From Glycera tridactyla (taxonomy: Eukaryota), in assembly GCA_965644265.1 (NCBI GenBank), contig OZ286474.1:49972001-50036000 (forward strand): 64,000 bases of DNA, read 5' to 3'. This document shows positions 63,977-64,000 of the stretch, piece after piece. Below the pieces are notes generated by a model. That model saw nothing but the letters and a program-made list of their open reading frames with translations, made no database searches and was not told the origin of the DNA. How positions within the stretch are numbered: the stretch's first letter is position 1; each line of letters opens with the position of its first letter. A program made the translations under genes and the position numbers.

Positions 63977-64000
63977 GTAGCCACGCTAGGTGTGGAATAG

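Overview
Repeat-rich metazoan nuclear DNA (AT-rich, CpG-poor background, five N-gaps), resembling a marine invertebrate genome; the taxon cannot be determined from the sequence. I found no intact protein-coding gene, rRNA, tRNA or CRISPR array. Most ORF-track hits are microsatellite, minisatellite or N-gap artefacts, or decayed LINE frames. The window is a multilayer nest of transposons: about 15 TA-flanked pogo/Tc1-like MITEs and fragments, two ~1 kb longer relatives of them, Helentron-associated HINE-like elements with tandem cores, a TTAA piggyBac-like derivative, a hAT-like MITE, old LINE fragments, a possible Academ remnant and several minisatellites. The two best leads are (1) a ~13.4 kb element with GGCCAATTCTCC termini (18829-32261) that splits one MITE in two and contains an 818-bp tandem array, a nested HINE and a kb-scale inverted duplication of its own end, and (2) two unrelated long hairpins sharing CGAG:CGAG tandem G.A mismatches (one also has a GNA triloop), features known to stabilise single-stranded DNA. 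All alignments were done by eye; boundaries of decayed elements are approximate.
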